Shown: positions 1-6,989 of the stretch, piece by piece | How positions within the stretch are numbered: the first letter of the stretch is position 1 | Layout of the letters: the number at the start of each line of letters is the position of its first letter | Assembly: GCA_043739185.1 (NCBI GenBank) | Contig: JAYUEN010000448.1 | Coordinates: forward strand, 1-10,674 | DNA: 10,674 bases | Source: Bdellovibrionales bacterium | Lineage (GTDB): Bacteria > Bdellovibrionota > Bdellovibrionia > Bdellovibrionales > JAMPXM01 | Direction: 5' to 3' | Notes under the pieces: generated by a model | Told to the model about the DNA's origin: nothing | Seen by the model: only the letters and a program-made list of their open reading frames with translations | Database searches by the model: none | Position numbers and translations under genes: made by a program

Positions 1-13
1 TTTTCACTCATTT

Positions 14-42
14 AGCATAGAAAATTTCGCAGGATTTGTCCA
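14..42 (-). promoter_or_regulatory. Putative sigma70-like promoter for a gene leaving the left edge of the window
   Basis: Minus strand reads TGGACA-N17-TATGCT. It lies immediately downstream of the 74..1486 stop codon. Motif match only. Confidence 0.3.
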
Positions 43-73
43 CTATTTTCTTTTCTAGATAAATATCGACGCA

Positions 74-1486
74 TTACAAAAAGAATGAATTAGCCGTGAG
101 CTTGAGTTCGAGAACGCCACAAAGAGTTGACATCGTCTCGTTTTGTTTTTTCATTTCATTTTCGAGATTTTCATAAACTTTTTTCATGAAGCTCGCGTTT
201 GCGACATCGCTCGCCTGTCCCGAAACCAAATAACCCTGAAAGCCGGGACTCTTTATTATTGAAACTGTCAAATTACTAACCTTATCTACTAAAATGGGCG
301 CTTCAAAACTCTTGATCTCCGAATTAAGAGCCTGATCTATGGCGCTATTCACGCTATTCTCTAAGAGTGTTCGCTTCATCGCCGGCGTGATCGCTGCGGA
401 CTTCGGAGCTTGCGCTGTAATCTCCTTTTTATCTGAGGACTTCTCATCTTTTACTGCACTCTCGCTGCTTGCTTTTTTTGATGCTAACTTTGTCGGATCA
501 GAAACTTCAGCACTTGATTGTTTTTGAACTACTTTTGCTGATGCTGAGCCATTTTCTTTTGCTTCTGATTGAAGTTTTGGTTTCTTATTTTCTTCAACTA
601 CTTGGCCAGTCTCTGGCTCTTCGGCGCCAGCTTCATAAAAATTAGACTCTGAATAATCTAAAAACGAACTTAACAAATCAGAGGAAGCTTGTTTCTCTGA
701 CATGAAAGCATAGACTCCTTCTTTGAGGTTATCCTCTTTACTTTCAAGCCACTGAGTGGGCGGGCGATCACCCTTGTAATAAAAGTATTTGGGCACCCCC
801 GCCTTATAAACGATGGTTTCCCAAATTTGATTCGAAATACTAGAGGATTTTACTCGAATACTCCACACTGTATCTGGCGGGATATCATTTTTTTTGGGCT
901 TTTTATATTCGACACCACCTAGTAAAGCCACATCTCGAGATCTTGTTCTAACTCGCGGGTCTTTGTTTTTTGCAGAATTATTGCTTCTACCGAGTGCGGT
1001 CTGAATACGATTGTATAAATTCACTCCACCGACAGGATACAAAATTGTATTTGGAAGACCACTAGAGAGAATTCCTCCGGTGGTTCGACTCGAATCATCT
1101 TCAGCCACAATAAAAATTTGTGCTTGAAATTTATTGCCAATCAAAGGGTGAATTTTTTTAATATCAGTGCCCTTGAGATTCCAACTAAGAAGCAAAACAT
1201 CGGGTTTAAAATTGGTCAGTTCACCGATCCCATCACTAAGTGTATGAACAAGTTTCACTTCGAAGTCTTTTTTTCGAAGATACGCAAGTGGCCCGGTAAG
1301 TGCGGCATTGTCATTGATGAGCGCAAGAACTTTGGTTGTAACTTTTTGCAGACTTTCTTTTTCAGAACCTGAATCTGGTGACTTTTTTTCGACAGAAGAC
1401 GCTACCGAAGGAAATGCAGACGCAGGAGCATCCATTTTTTCAATTGGCTTAACTACTGGTTTTGCCTTTTCATTTGACTGTTTCAT
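74..1486 (-). CDS. Pseudo-receiver (degenerate REC-like) domain protein with a charged linker and a C-terminal domain; probably C-terminally truncated
   Basis: 470-aa ORF. Residues ~52-165 have receiver-like beta/alpha spacing (KVLALIND...FEVKLVHTLSDGIGELTNFKPDVLLLSWN...IFIVAE...ILYP), with Ser at the phospho-acceptor Asp position. A long K/E/S/A-rich linker follows, then SIIKSPGFQGYLVS, which resembles a Bdellovibrio hypothetical family as I recall it. A sigma28-like promoter lies upstream. Confidence 0.75.
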   Translation of the reverse strand: MKQSNEKAKPVVKPIEKMDAPASAFPSVASSVEKKSPDSGSEKESLQKVTTKVLALINDNAALTGPLAYLRKKDFEVKLVHTLSDGIGELTNFKPDVLLLSWNLKGTDIKKIHPLIGNKFQAQIFIVAEDDSSRTTGGILSSGLPNTILYPVGGVNLYNRIQTALGRSNNSAKNKDPRVRTRSRDVALLGGVEYKKPKKNDIPPDTVWSIRVKSSSISNQIWETIVYKAGVPKYFYYKGDRPPTQWLESKEDNLKEGVYAFMSEKQASSDLLSSFLDYSESNFYEAGAEEPETGQVVEENKKPKLQSEAKENGSASAKVVQKQSSAEVSDPTKLASKKASSESAVKDEKSSDKKEITAQAPKSAAITPAMKRTLLENSVNSAIDQALNSEIKSFEAPILVDKVSNLTVSIIKSPGFQGYLVSGQASDVANASFMKKVYENLENEMKKQNETMSTLCGVLELKLTANSFFL

Positions 1487-1516
1487 TTTGATATTATTAA
1501 GAGTTCCTTTAGTTTC

Positions 1517-1543
1517 CTTTCGGCGTTATATTTCAGTTTTTTA
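1517..1543 (-). promoter_or_regulatory. Sigma28 (FliA)-type promoter
   Basis: Minus strand TAAA-aaactgaaatataac (15 nt)-GCCGAAAG versus the consensus TAAA-N15-GCCGATAA, ending 30 nt upstream of the ATG at 1486. Confidence 0.7.
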
Positions 1544-1591
1544 AACATTTTTTGATGAATTCTTAGCCTATGGTGCATTCAATTTTTATTG

Positions 1592-1621
1592 AATAAAGCT
1601 CTGAGTCTAGAGTATCAGAGC
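1592..1621 (-). terminator. Putative intrinsic terminator downstream of 1678..2037
   Basis: Stem GCTCTGA (1598-1604) / TCAGAGC (1615-1621) with a 10-nt loop, followed on the minus strand by TTTATT. Confidence 0.45.
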
Positions 1622-1677
1622 GAAGCATTTATTGCTTTGATGTGAGACGAGTTATTGAGTGCTGTCTTTAGGAAAAG

Positions 1678-2037
1678 CTAGTTTGAAGCGTCCTTGCAGC
1701 AACCCACATAGTCCTCAGTTGAATAAGATTTCATGACCACTGAATACCCATAAGGCACTTCGCTCATGCCGTCAGAGCAGCTCTCATCTTTGGTAACAAT
1801 TAGAGATATTTTAGATCCTTGAGCGATAAAGCCGACGTCAAGGCCAGCTCCTGGAATCGGAGTGATTTTTGTTGGAATTTTTACTTCGGCATTATCTCTT
1901 GCCACTGATATTTGAGTTACCTGAATATCTAAATTAATTTTAGCATTCCAAAAAGGCTCAGTACCCAAACAGCTTAAGCTCTTAGCTTGAAGAGATTGAA
2001 AGCTCACCGCAACTAACAAAAAAATTAAGAGTTTCAT
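1678..2037 (-). CDS. Small secreted COG3650-like protein (GTEPFW / CSDGMS / GCC motifs)
   Basis: Sec signal peptide MKLLIFLLVAVSFQSLQA. Diagnostic motifs CLGTEPFW, SCSDGMSEVPYGY and GCC. GGAG Shine-Dalgarno at 2043-2046, 5 nt before the ATG. Confidence 0.85.
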   Translation of the reverse strand: MKLLIFLLVAVSFQSLQAKSLSCLGTEPFWNAKINLDIQVTQISVARDNAEVKIPTKITPIPGAGLDVGFIAQGSKISLIVTKDESCSDGMSEVPYGYSVVMKSYSTEDYVGCCKDASN

Positions 2038-2195
2038 TTATACTCCAGATATATTCCGAACATGATTTTAAACTTGTCGCCATGACTTATAACCCAAAAC
2101 ACAAAGACTTCATATCAATATTTTTCAGCAGTCCACCCTGCAGATTGATCTCTTATTAAATTAAGTCCTTATGCTTCCCCGGCACTCAAAGAGAT

Positions 2196-3746
2196 TTAAG
2201 AAACAAAGAGACCATGAAAACCCAATGGCAAAAGGCGCCCCAGCCAAATTCTTGCCTCTATCTCAAGGCTGACAGCCCTTCGAATATCTAAAAAGCTGTC
2301 GTCTCGCTTTGAATCGTAGCCAAGATGTAAAATCCACCCCTCTTCCTCAGTTGAATTCTGGGGGTGGGGAACGTAAACAGCTTCTCCAAATGATTGTCCC
2401 GCTTCGGCATGAGCGCGTTCGGCAACTTTGGGCTCGCTAGCTTCCCAACAGGAAAGCGCCGTGAAGCTGAGGGGATCTGATGTATCTGGCGCCGATTCAA
2501 GAGCATAAAAATACTTCAGTTTCTGGCCGATTTTTCGACCATCGATACATGGAAACTCAATGCCTCTTCCGTCACTGATAAGCTTGCGACTTGTGATCTT
2601 TCTTTCTGAAAGACTGATTTCAAACCGGGTGATCCATGTTTTTGGGGCCTTTGGCATTTCTTCTTGGGACCAGGCTTTAAAAATATCATATGCACTAGCG
2701 TCCTCAGCCAATATGGTATCAAAAACGATCTTGCCGCTATCTTCATAAGCATTGATATGATGAAACACTATAGCAGAGGGCTGACTTTCAAGAATGATGG
2801 GAGGTTCGTTTGAGAATTTTGAAAAAACTAAAACTCGCAGAGGTTTGCTTGAATCATATTCGAGTATATCTGCAACCGGGTACATTAAAGTAGCGGCCTT
2901 GAGCATATTCACCTGAATCGGAGAAACTACAAAAATAATATGATTCTCTGTAATCATACAATCGTGAATCGGAAAGAAACCACCCAATCCAAAAGAATGA
3001 ATTTCGGTATTCTTCTTGTTGGCATTATTGACTCGATAAATTTTGAGCTCCGGAAAAATTGCACGAGTGATTCCGAATGCAAAAAGATCTTTGGTAACGG
3101 GATCAACCTTAGGATGAGCAGTAAATCCTAAATTGCCGGGAAGACTTCCGCCAAAATCAAAGCTGGATTTAGTCCGAAGGCTTTCGAAATCGAGAGCCGT
3201 TGGGTGGCTTGCTTCTGATAGAGCTAACAAGACTCCGTCAAAAGATATGACATTAATATTTGGCGGATTTTTGAATCCGCTTGGTGGCCACTGCGGAGCC
3301 GCGGTGCCGAAGTCATGATAAAGCATTTTGCCGGAACTTTGCTCTTGCTGCCGTTCTGTTGTATTGACGAACTGGGATTTAATCGAGAGATTTCCTTGAG
3401 AAAACTGAAATGCCGACACGTAAGCGTCACCGTCAAAAAAGTGTTGGAGTGATCGATCTGCCACACGTTTGCTGCCGGGACCATTTCGAAAAAGTGTTCC
3501 GTTTAAATTGAAAGGTATGTGACCTTCGATATGTGAAGGTGACCACACACCTTCGAGATTTGTTCCGCGATTGGCGAGCCAGCTTAAACGCTTTTGTGCT
3601 TTAGGACCATATGCAAAGGCACGTCGACGAGGAAGCTGCTCTACAGCCTCTCCGATAGAAAGATATGGAAGGCTGACAAGGCTACAGGCGCCAAGAACCT
3701 TTATAAAAGAGCGGCGTGTCCATTTATTGGTTTCATATTTGTTCAT
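2196..3746 (-). CDS. Carotenoid/stilbenoid cleavage oxygenase family protein (RPE65/CCD/LSD superfamily) with a twin-arginine signal peptide
   Basis: Family motifs IEGHIP..LNGTLFRNGPG and HFFDGDA. All four Fe-ligand His contexts are present (TAHPKVDP, PIHDC, VFHHINAYE, LGFHG), as are second-shell Glu motifs (EFPCID, GEAVYVP). N-terminal TRRSFIK plus a hydrophobic stretch. AAGGGG lies upstream of the ATG. Confidence 0.95.
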   Translation of the reverse strand: MNKYETNKWTRRSFIKVLGACSLVSLPYLSIGEAVEQLPRRRAFAYGPKAQKRLSWLANRGTNLEGVWSPSHIEGHIPFNLNGTLFRNGPGSKRVADRSLQHFFDGDAYVSAFQFSQGNLSIKSQFVNTTERQQEQSSGKMLYHDFGTAAPQWPPSGFKNPPNINVISFDGVLLALSEASHPTALDFESLRTKSSFDFGGSLPGNLGFTAHPKVDPVTKDLFAFGITRAIFPELKIYRVNNANKKNTEIHSFGLGGFFPIHDCMITENHIIFVVSPIQVNMLKAATLMYPVADILEYDSSKPLRVLVFSKFSNEPPIILESQPSAIVFHHINAYEDSGKIVFDTILAEDASAYDIFKAWSQEEMPKAPKTWITRFEISLSERKITSRKLISDGRGIEFPCIDGRKIGQKLKYFYALESAPDTSDPLSFTALSCWEASEPKVAERAHAEAGQSFGEAVYVPHPQNSTEEEGWILHLGYDSKRDDSFLDIRRAVSLEIEARIWLGRLLPLGFHGLFVS

Positions 3747-3760
3747 TTTGTGAATACCCC

Positions 3761-3874
3761 TTACTTTTTTTCAAAGATACAATGCCCATTTAGAAAATCA
3801 AGTAATTGATAAAACGTTTCTTTGTATTGAAGATTAAGAATAGCAGTTCTCGAAGCGGGGGACTGATGGAATGC
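3761..3874 (-). pseudogene. Possible orphan 3' end of an unidentified gene directly upstream of the oxygenase
   Basis: A 37-codon open frame without a start (AFHQSPASRTAILNLQYKETFYQLLDFLNGHCIFEKK*). It begins where DUF2157 similarity stops, and its TAA runs into the oxygenase Shine-Dalgarno (TAAGGGG). It is short enough to be chance. Confidence 0.3.
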
Positions 3875-4145
3875 TCAGGCCGAAACATTTTACGATGAAT
3901 GGCGCATTGAAAATAGATTCAATTAGATTAAGCAGGACTTTGTCTGCCAGCACGGCACCCACCGCCGTCACAATGCAGAACAAAGAAACCCAAAATGAAT
4001 ACTTTGCTAATTTCTTCCAGTCGAAGTCTTGAATTTCAATATCTGCAATCAATTGCGACGATGTCTTCTCGTCTAAAAGATGGTTAAATTTCCAATGAGA
4101 AATAGTCTTGCGAATGAGCTCGGCTTGTGTTCGATTTAATTTCAT
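3834..4145 (-). pseudogene. 5' fragment of a DUF2157-like membrane protein gene, truncated
   Basis: N-terminal W...LLD and FDWKKLAKYSFWVSLFCIVTAVGAVLAD...FNAP..VKC.GLS resemble the start of DUF2157-type multi-TM proteins (recalled as ~350 aa). The second TM helix breaks at GLSI into an unrelated tail (PSVPRFENCYS*), giving 103 aa. Confidence 0.7.
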
Positions 4146-4151
4146 TAAGTA

Positions 4152-4180
4152 ATGGTATCAATGTGGAATTATGCAGTCAA
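4152..4180 (-). promoter_or_regulatory. Sigma70 promoter with extended -10, predicting a leaderless transcript
   Basis: Minus strand TTGACT-N17-TACCAT with TG at -15/-14. The ATG at 4145 lies 6 nt after the -10 box and has no Shine-Dalgarno. Confidence 0.6.
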
Positions 4181-4263
4181 AAGTGATTCCAAAAAATATC
4201 TCACAAAAATACAAAGTTAAACAAAAACGCGAATTTGTATTCGACCAATTTCATCCTTTAAGT

Positions 4264-4815
4264 TCAATTGTAGGCCCCAACAAAATCTCCGTCAGGAAGG
4301 CTCAAGACTGGTCCATTCGTTTGAAAGGTGAATTTCCCGATACTTGCATCGATAATTGTAATCGGGAACGTCATTGTTGTAGTTCCGTTATTCAAAAGAA
4401 TGAGAACGAAATGGGTATCTGCTGCTAAAGCAACAGGACTATTTGTCTTTATATTAAAGATCTGACCATTAAAATCATATAAAACTCCGAGGTCGGTCAT
4501 TCTTGGAGAGGAAGTTAATCTAATGAAAAATACTCTAGCCATTGGCGGACGATCTTTAGGATCTGCTTTAGTTGGACTCCCACCGAGGCTCTCCGGAAGT
4601 TTATCGGCTAGCGAATCGGGGTTGTCGGCAACTGTTTGCGAAATTTCAGAGCTTCCGCTTGCTTCAATAGTGTCAAAGCCTCCGAATTTTGAGCCTGAGC
4701 AATTCTGAAAACTGATTGTGAACAAAATGAAAAAAAAGCTAATCGCTGAGAAAATCGACTTTTTCAGAAAGTTAAACTTATTAATTTCGTTAATTTTTGC
4801 AAATTTCAGCTTCAC
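4264..4815 (-). CDS. Hypothetical lipoprotein with an FQNC-type lipobox (183 aa from a revised GTG start)
   Basis: AAGGA lies 5 nt before the in-frame GTG at 4815, which is better supported than the TTG at 4872. Basic N-region, hydrophobic IFSAISFFFILFTIS, then FQNC, a Ser/Pro/Gly-rich tether and a beta-rich C-terminal domain. Confidence 0.8.
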   Translation of the reverse strand: MKLKFAKINEINKFNFLKKSIFSAISFFFILFTISFQNCSGSKFGGFDTIEASGSSEISQTVADNPDSLADKLPESLGGSPTKADPKDRPPMARVFFIRLTSSPRMTDLGVLYDFNGQIFNIKTNSPVALAADTHFVLILLNNGTTTMTFPITIIDASIGKFTFQTNGPVLSLPDGDFVGAYN

Positions 4816-4905
4816 TTTATTCCTTGTTGCTATATTGAAATTAAAAAACAATAGGCAGGTCAAGGTTCGCAAGAATCTAACTTCAATCTTGATTCACTAA
4901 TGAAA

Positions 4906-4921
4906 TGCAACTCGCAAGCCA
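4906..4921 (-). promoter_or_regulatory. Sigma54 (RpoN)-type -24/-12 promoter for the FQNC lipoprotein gene
   Basis: Minus strand TGGCTTGCGAGTTGCA has exact GG-N10-GC spacing with TGGC and TTGCA boxes, about 90 nt upstream of the GTG. Confidence 0.55.
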
Positions 4922-5051
4922 TTTTCAAGAGCGTGATCTTAGGACCTATTATCATTATGACTCGCTTATTTCTAATTCAATTTTTTTCAGGAATTTAGTG
5001 TGGCGTCGAAAGTTTTCATTTAACTTTAGTGGGTCTCAATACTTACAAAAT

Positions 5052-5088
5052 GTGTTGAACTTATTTCATTTTTTTATGAGTTCAACAC
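5052..5088. repeat. 13-bp inverted repeat (outer 10 bp perfect) with an 11-nt T-rich spacer
   Basis: GTGTTGAACTTAT (5052-5064) and ATGAGTTCAACAC (5076-5088) match at 12/13 as reverse complements. Confidence 0.85.
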
Positions 5089-5167
5089 TGCCAGTTGAAA
5101 CTGAAGCTATTAGAGGAGCTTATTAGCTGTAGAGGTTTTGCATGCATCAATTTAAGAAAACTGGCTT

Positions 5168-5189
5168 CGGGCAATTCTCACCTTGCCCG
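5168..5189 (-). terminator. GC-rich hairpin downstream of the TIGR02147 gene; possible terminator
   Basis: CGGGCAA (5168-5174) / TTGCCCG (5183-5189) with an 8-nt loop, about 50 nt after the stop at 5238. The T-run is displaced by 7 nt, so it is non-canonical. Confidence 0.4.
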
Positions 5190-5237
5190 CTGGTTAAGAC
5201 AAACGAGAGTATTCAAAAATATGTCCAATTTGAAAAT

Positions 5238-6044
5238 TTAAGATTCAAAGAAATCACAGGTTAGACAAAAGACTTCTTCAGATGGCGAGGGCTCAATAAG
5301 TTCTCGAGTTTCTTGAATCACCTGTAAGAGTTTAGCTCGCAATCGCTCTGCGTCTTCGAGGCTCATCGAAAATATTGAAGTATAATGAACAGATCTTTGA
5401 TTTTCTTTTTCGATATCAATCAGGGCTCGATTCCGCCAATTTCTATGACTAACTTCGTTCATATACGAAGTTTCAGGAAGATGAACATTAACTTGGCTTG
5501 ATGACCAATTTCCATTTTCTTCAATTGCAAGATTTGCTTCCTTTAGCTTTTCTAAGATCTTAATTATCGATTGGGGTGATAAACTAAATCGCTCGGCGAG
5601 CGCGGATGGCTTTTGGTATCGCTCTATCGCCAGAGCCCTGTGAATGGCCATCCAGATCCAACTCGAATAATAAAAATCAGGGACCTTAAGTGCTTTGCTG
5701 ACGAATGGTTCAATCCTGTGAGAAAGAAGTTGATCAGCCCTTTTGATCTCAGTAAGTTTATCAAGTAAAATACGCTTGAGCTCCATCGATGTCGCACGCG
5801 AAAGGTTCACGAGATTAAGAAAATACTCGAGCTCAGCGCCCCTAAGTCGTAAAAAAGATGCAATACCCGCGGCATGGTCCGGAGTTAATTCAACCTTACT
5901 CCCCAAAGCCTGTGCCAAATAAGAAGGATGGCAGCCGGCGGCTCTAGCCAACTGAGCTTGAAGTCCACGTTGGGCTAGGTTTTTCCCGATCAGAATGGCT
6001 CTTAAGAACTCTTTGTATGAATCGTAGTCAAATACACGCAACAT
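5238..6044 (-). CDS. TIGR02147 family protein (N-terminal HTH plus DUF4423), putative transcriptional regulator
   Basis: VFDYDSYKEFL start; HTH segment RGLQAQLARAAGCHPSYLAQALGSKVELTPDHA; EYFLNLVNLSRA; YYSSWIWMAI; HRNWRNRAL; HYTSIFSMS; C-terminal EEVFCLTCDFF. The 268-aa length is typical of the family. Confidence 0.9.
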   Translation of the reverse strand: MLRVFDYDSYKEFLRAILIGKNLAQRGLQAQLARAAGCHPSYLAQALGSKVELTPDHAAGIASFLRLRGAELEYFLNLVNLSRATSMELKRILLDKLTEIKRADQLLSHRIEPFVSKALKVPDFYYSSWIWMAIHRALAIERYQKPSALAERFSLSPQSIIKILEKLKEANLAIEENGNWSSSQVNVHLPETSYMNEVSHRNWRNRALIDIEKENQRSVHYTSIFSMSLEDAERLRAKLLQVIQETRELIEPSPSEEVFCLTCDFFES

Positions 6045-6162
6045 ACCCGTTTATAGTTTTTTTATAATCAAGTTGCGATAAAATTATTAATATTGATATG
6101 GCGCATCGAGCCATTTGGATGTATAAGCCTTAACACGAACAAATCTAAAAAAAGGGAGATTT

Positions 6163-6573
6163 ATGAGTTACCAAAGAATATTAAGTATTTGTCTATTAGT
6201 ACTCGCCACTTCATCTGCTAAAGCAGGAGGAATATCAAGTAACGGCCCAACCGGCCAATTGTTGTTACATTGCACTGGTGGCGTGCAAATTTTAGCTAAT
6301 AAGGCATCCAATGTTGATGTTAGCGTTTATCCTCAGCTCGGTGCAGGATTGGTGGCGAAGGTCGCATTTGACCAAAACATTTTGCCGGTATTTAAGCGTA
6401 GTGTAATAAAGGCTGCATCTGATCCGCGCGGAATGATTTATTCTGACGATCAAATTCAAATCCTGATTCCCAATATGCAAAATCAACAATTGCCAGCTGG
6501 CCACTACAATGCGCTTTTAACAATTCCAAATAAGATTTCTGGAACCGCGATACTGAGTTGTACTAATAATTAA
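6163..6573 (+). CDS. Small secreted hypothetical protein, divergent from the TIGR02147 gene
   Basis: GGGAG Shine-Dalgarno at 6154-6158. Sec signal ending AKA. The mature N-terminus is GGISSNGP. Two Cys near the ends of the mature chain (LHC, LSC) suggest one disulfide. It has its own terminator. Confidence 0.85.
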   Translation: MSYQRILSICLLVLATSSAKAGGISSNGPTGQLLLHCTGGVQILANKASNVDVSVYPQLGAGLVAKVAFDQNILPVFKRSVIKAASDPRGMIYSDDQIQILIPNMQNQQLPAGHYNALLTIPNKISGTAILSCTNN

Positions 6574-6633
6574 GTTAAATTTTAATTTGTATCGAAGTTG
6601 GCAAGAGTTTTAAAAACTCAATCGGACATTAAT

Positions 6634-6667
6634 AGAACTGCTCATCAAGAGCAGTTTTTACTTTTTT
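6634..6667 (+). terminator. Rho-independent terminator of 6163..6573
   Basis: AACTGCTC (6636-6643), ATCAA loop, GAGCAGTT (6649-6656), followed by TTTACTTTTTT. Confidence 0.8.
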
Positions 6668-6719
6668 AGTAACGCATATCAGTTGCGCCCAGCGCCTGCT
6701 TTGAAAGCTTAGCTTGATG

Positions 6720-6743
6720 ACCGCGCCAACATATGTGCGCGGT
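6720..6743. other. GC-rich hairpin near the start of the higher-GC block
   Basis: ACCGCGC / GCGCGGT 7-bp stem. The loop CAACATATGT contains the palindrome ACATATGT. Followed by TGATTTT on the plus strand. Confidence 0.45.
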
Positions 6744-6989
6744 TGATTTTAATTCTCATGCCTTAGGCGCTCGAACCAAATCCCACCGGCGCTCAATGCC
6801 GAATAATTCGATGCGAATTGTTTTCAACGGCGGTGCCGTTAAACGGCTCTTTGGCCCTAGCTGTTTCGTTCTCGCCCAGGAGACTGCTTGTCGCCACCAT
6901 CGCGACGATTTAGAAAATCAATCTGTAGCGGATCGTGTGAAATTCGACTAAGTTGGTCGTTCTTAATCTTTTGAAACCGAGGAACGTCG

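Noticed and set aside
4222..4243. Terminator after the FQNC lipoprotein (CGAAT-N4-ATTCG plus T-rich tail on the minus strand)
   Set aside because: The 5-bp, mostly AT stem is too weak to call with confidence.
4816..4872. Longer TTG start for the FQNC lipoprotein, as given in the ORF track
   Set aside because: It has no Shine-Dalgarno and gives an overlong signal peptide. The GTG at 4815 has AAGGA at good spacing.
5052..5105. CRISPR repeat (GTTGAAC / GTTGAAAC-like words)
   Set aside because: There is one inverted repeat only, no regularly spaced direct repeats and no cas genes.
1545..5237. Integron-like cassette array, suggested by the run of co-oriented minus-strand genes
   Set aside because: No RYYYAAC...GTTRRRY attC structures or shared repeats between genes. 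Several genes have their own promoters. The integrase fragment shows nothing IntI-specific.
3788..6921. Exact 14-bp direct repeat ATTTAGAAAATCAA at 3788-3801 and 6908-6921 as possible att sites or target duplication
   Set aside because: It is very AT-rich, and about one match of this length is plausible by chance in 10.7 kb. The copies do not coincide with the inferred breakpoint at 3870 or the GC shift at 6670.
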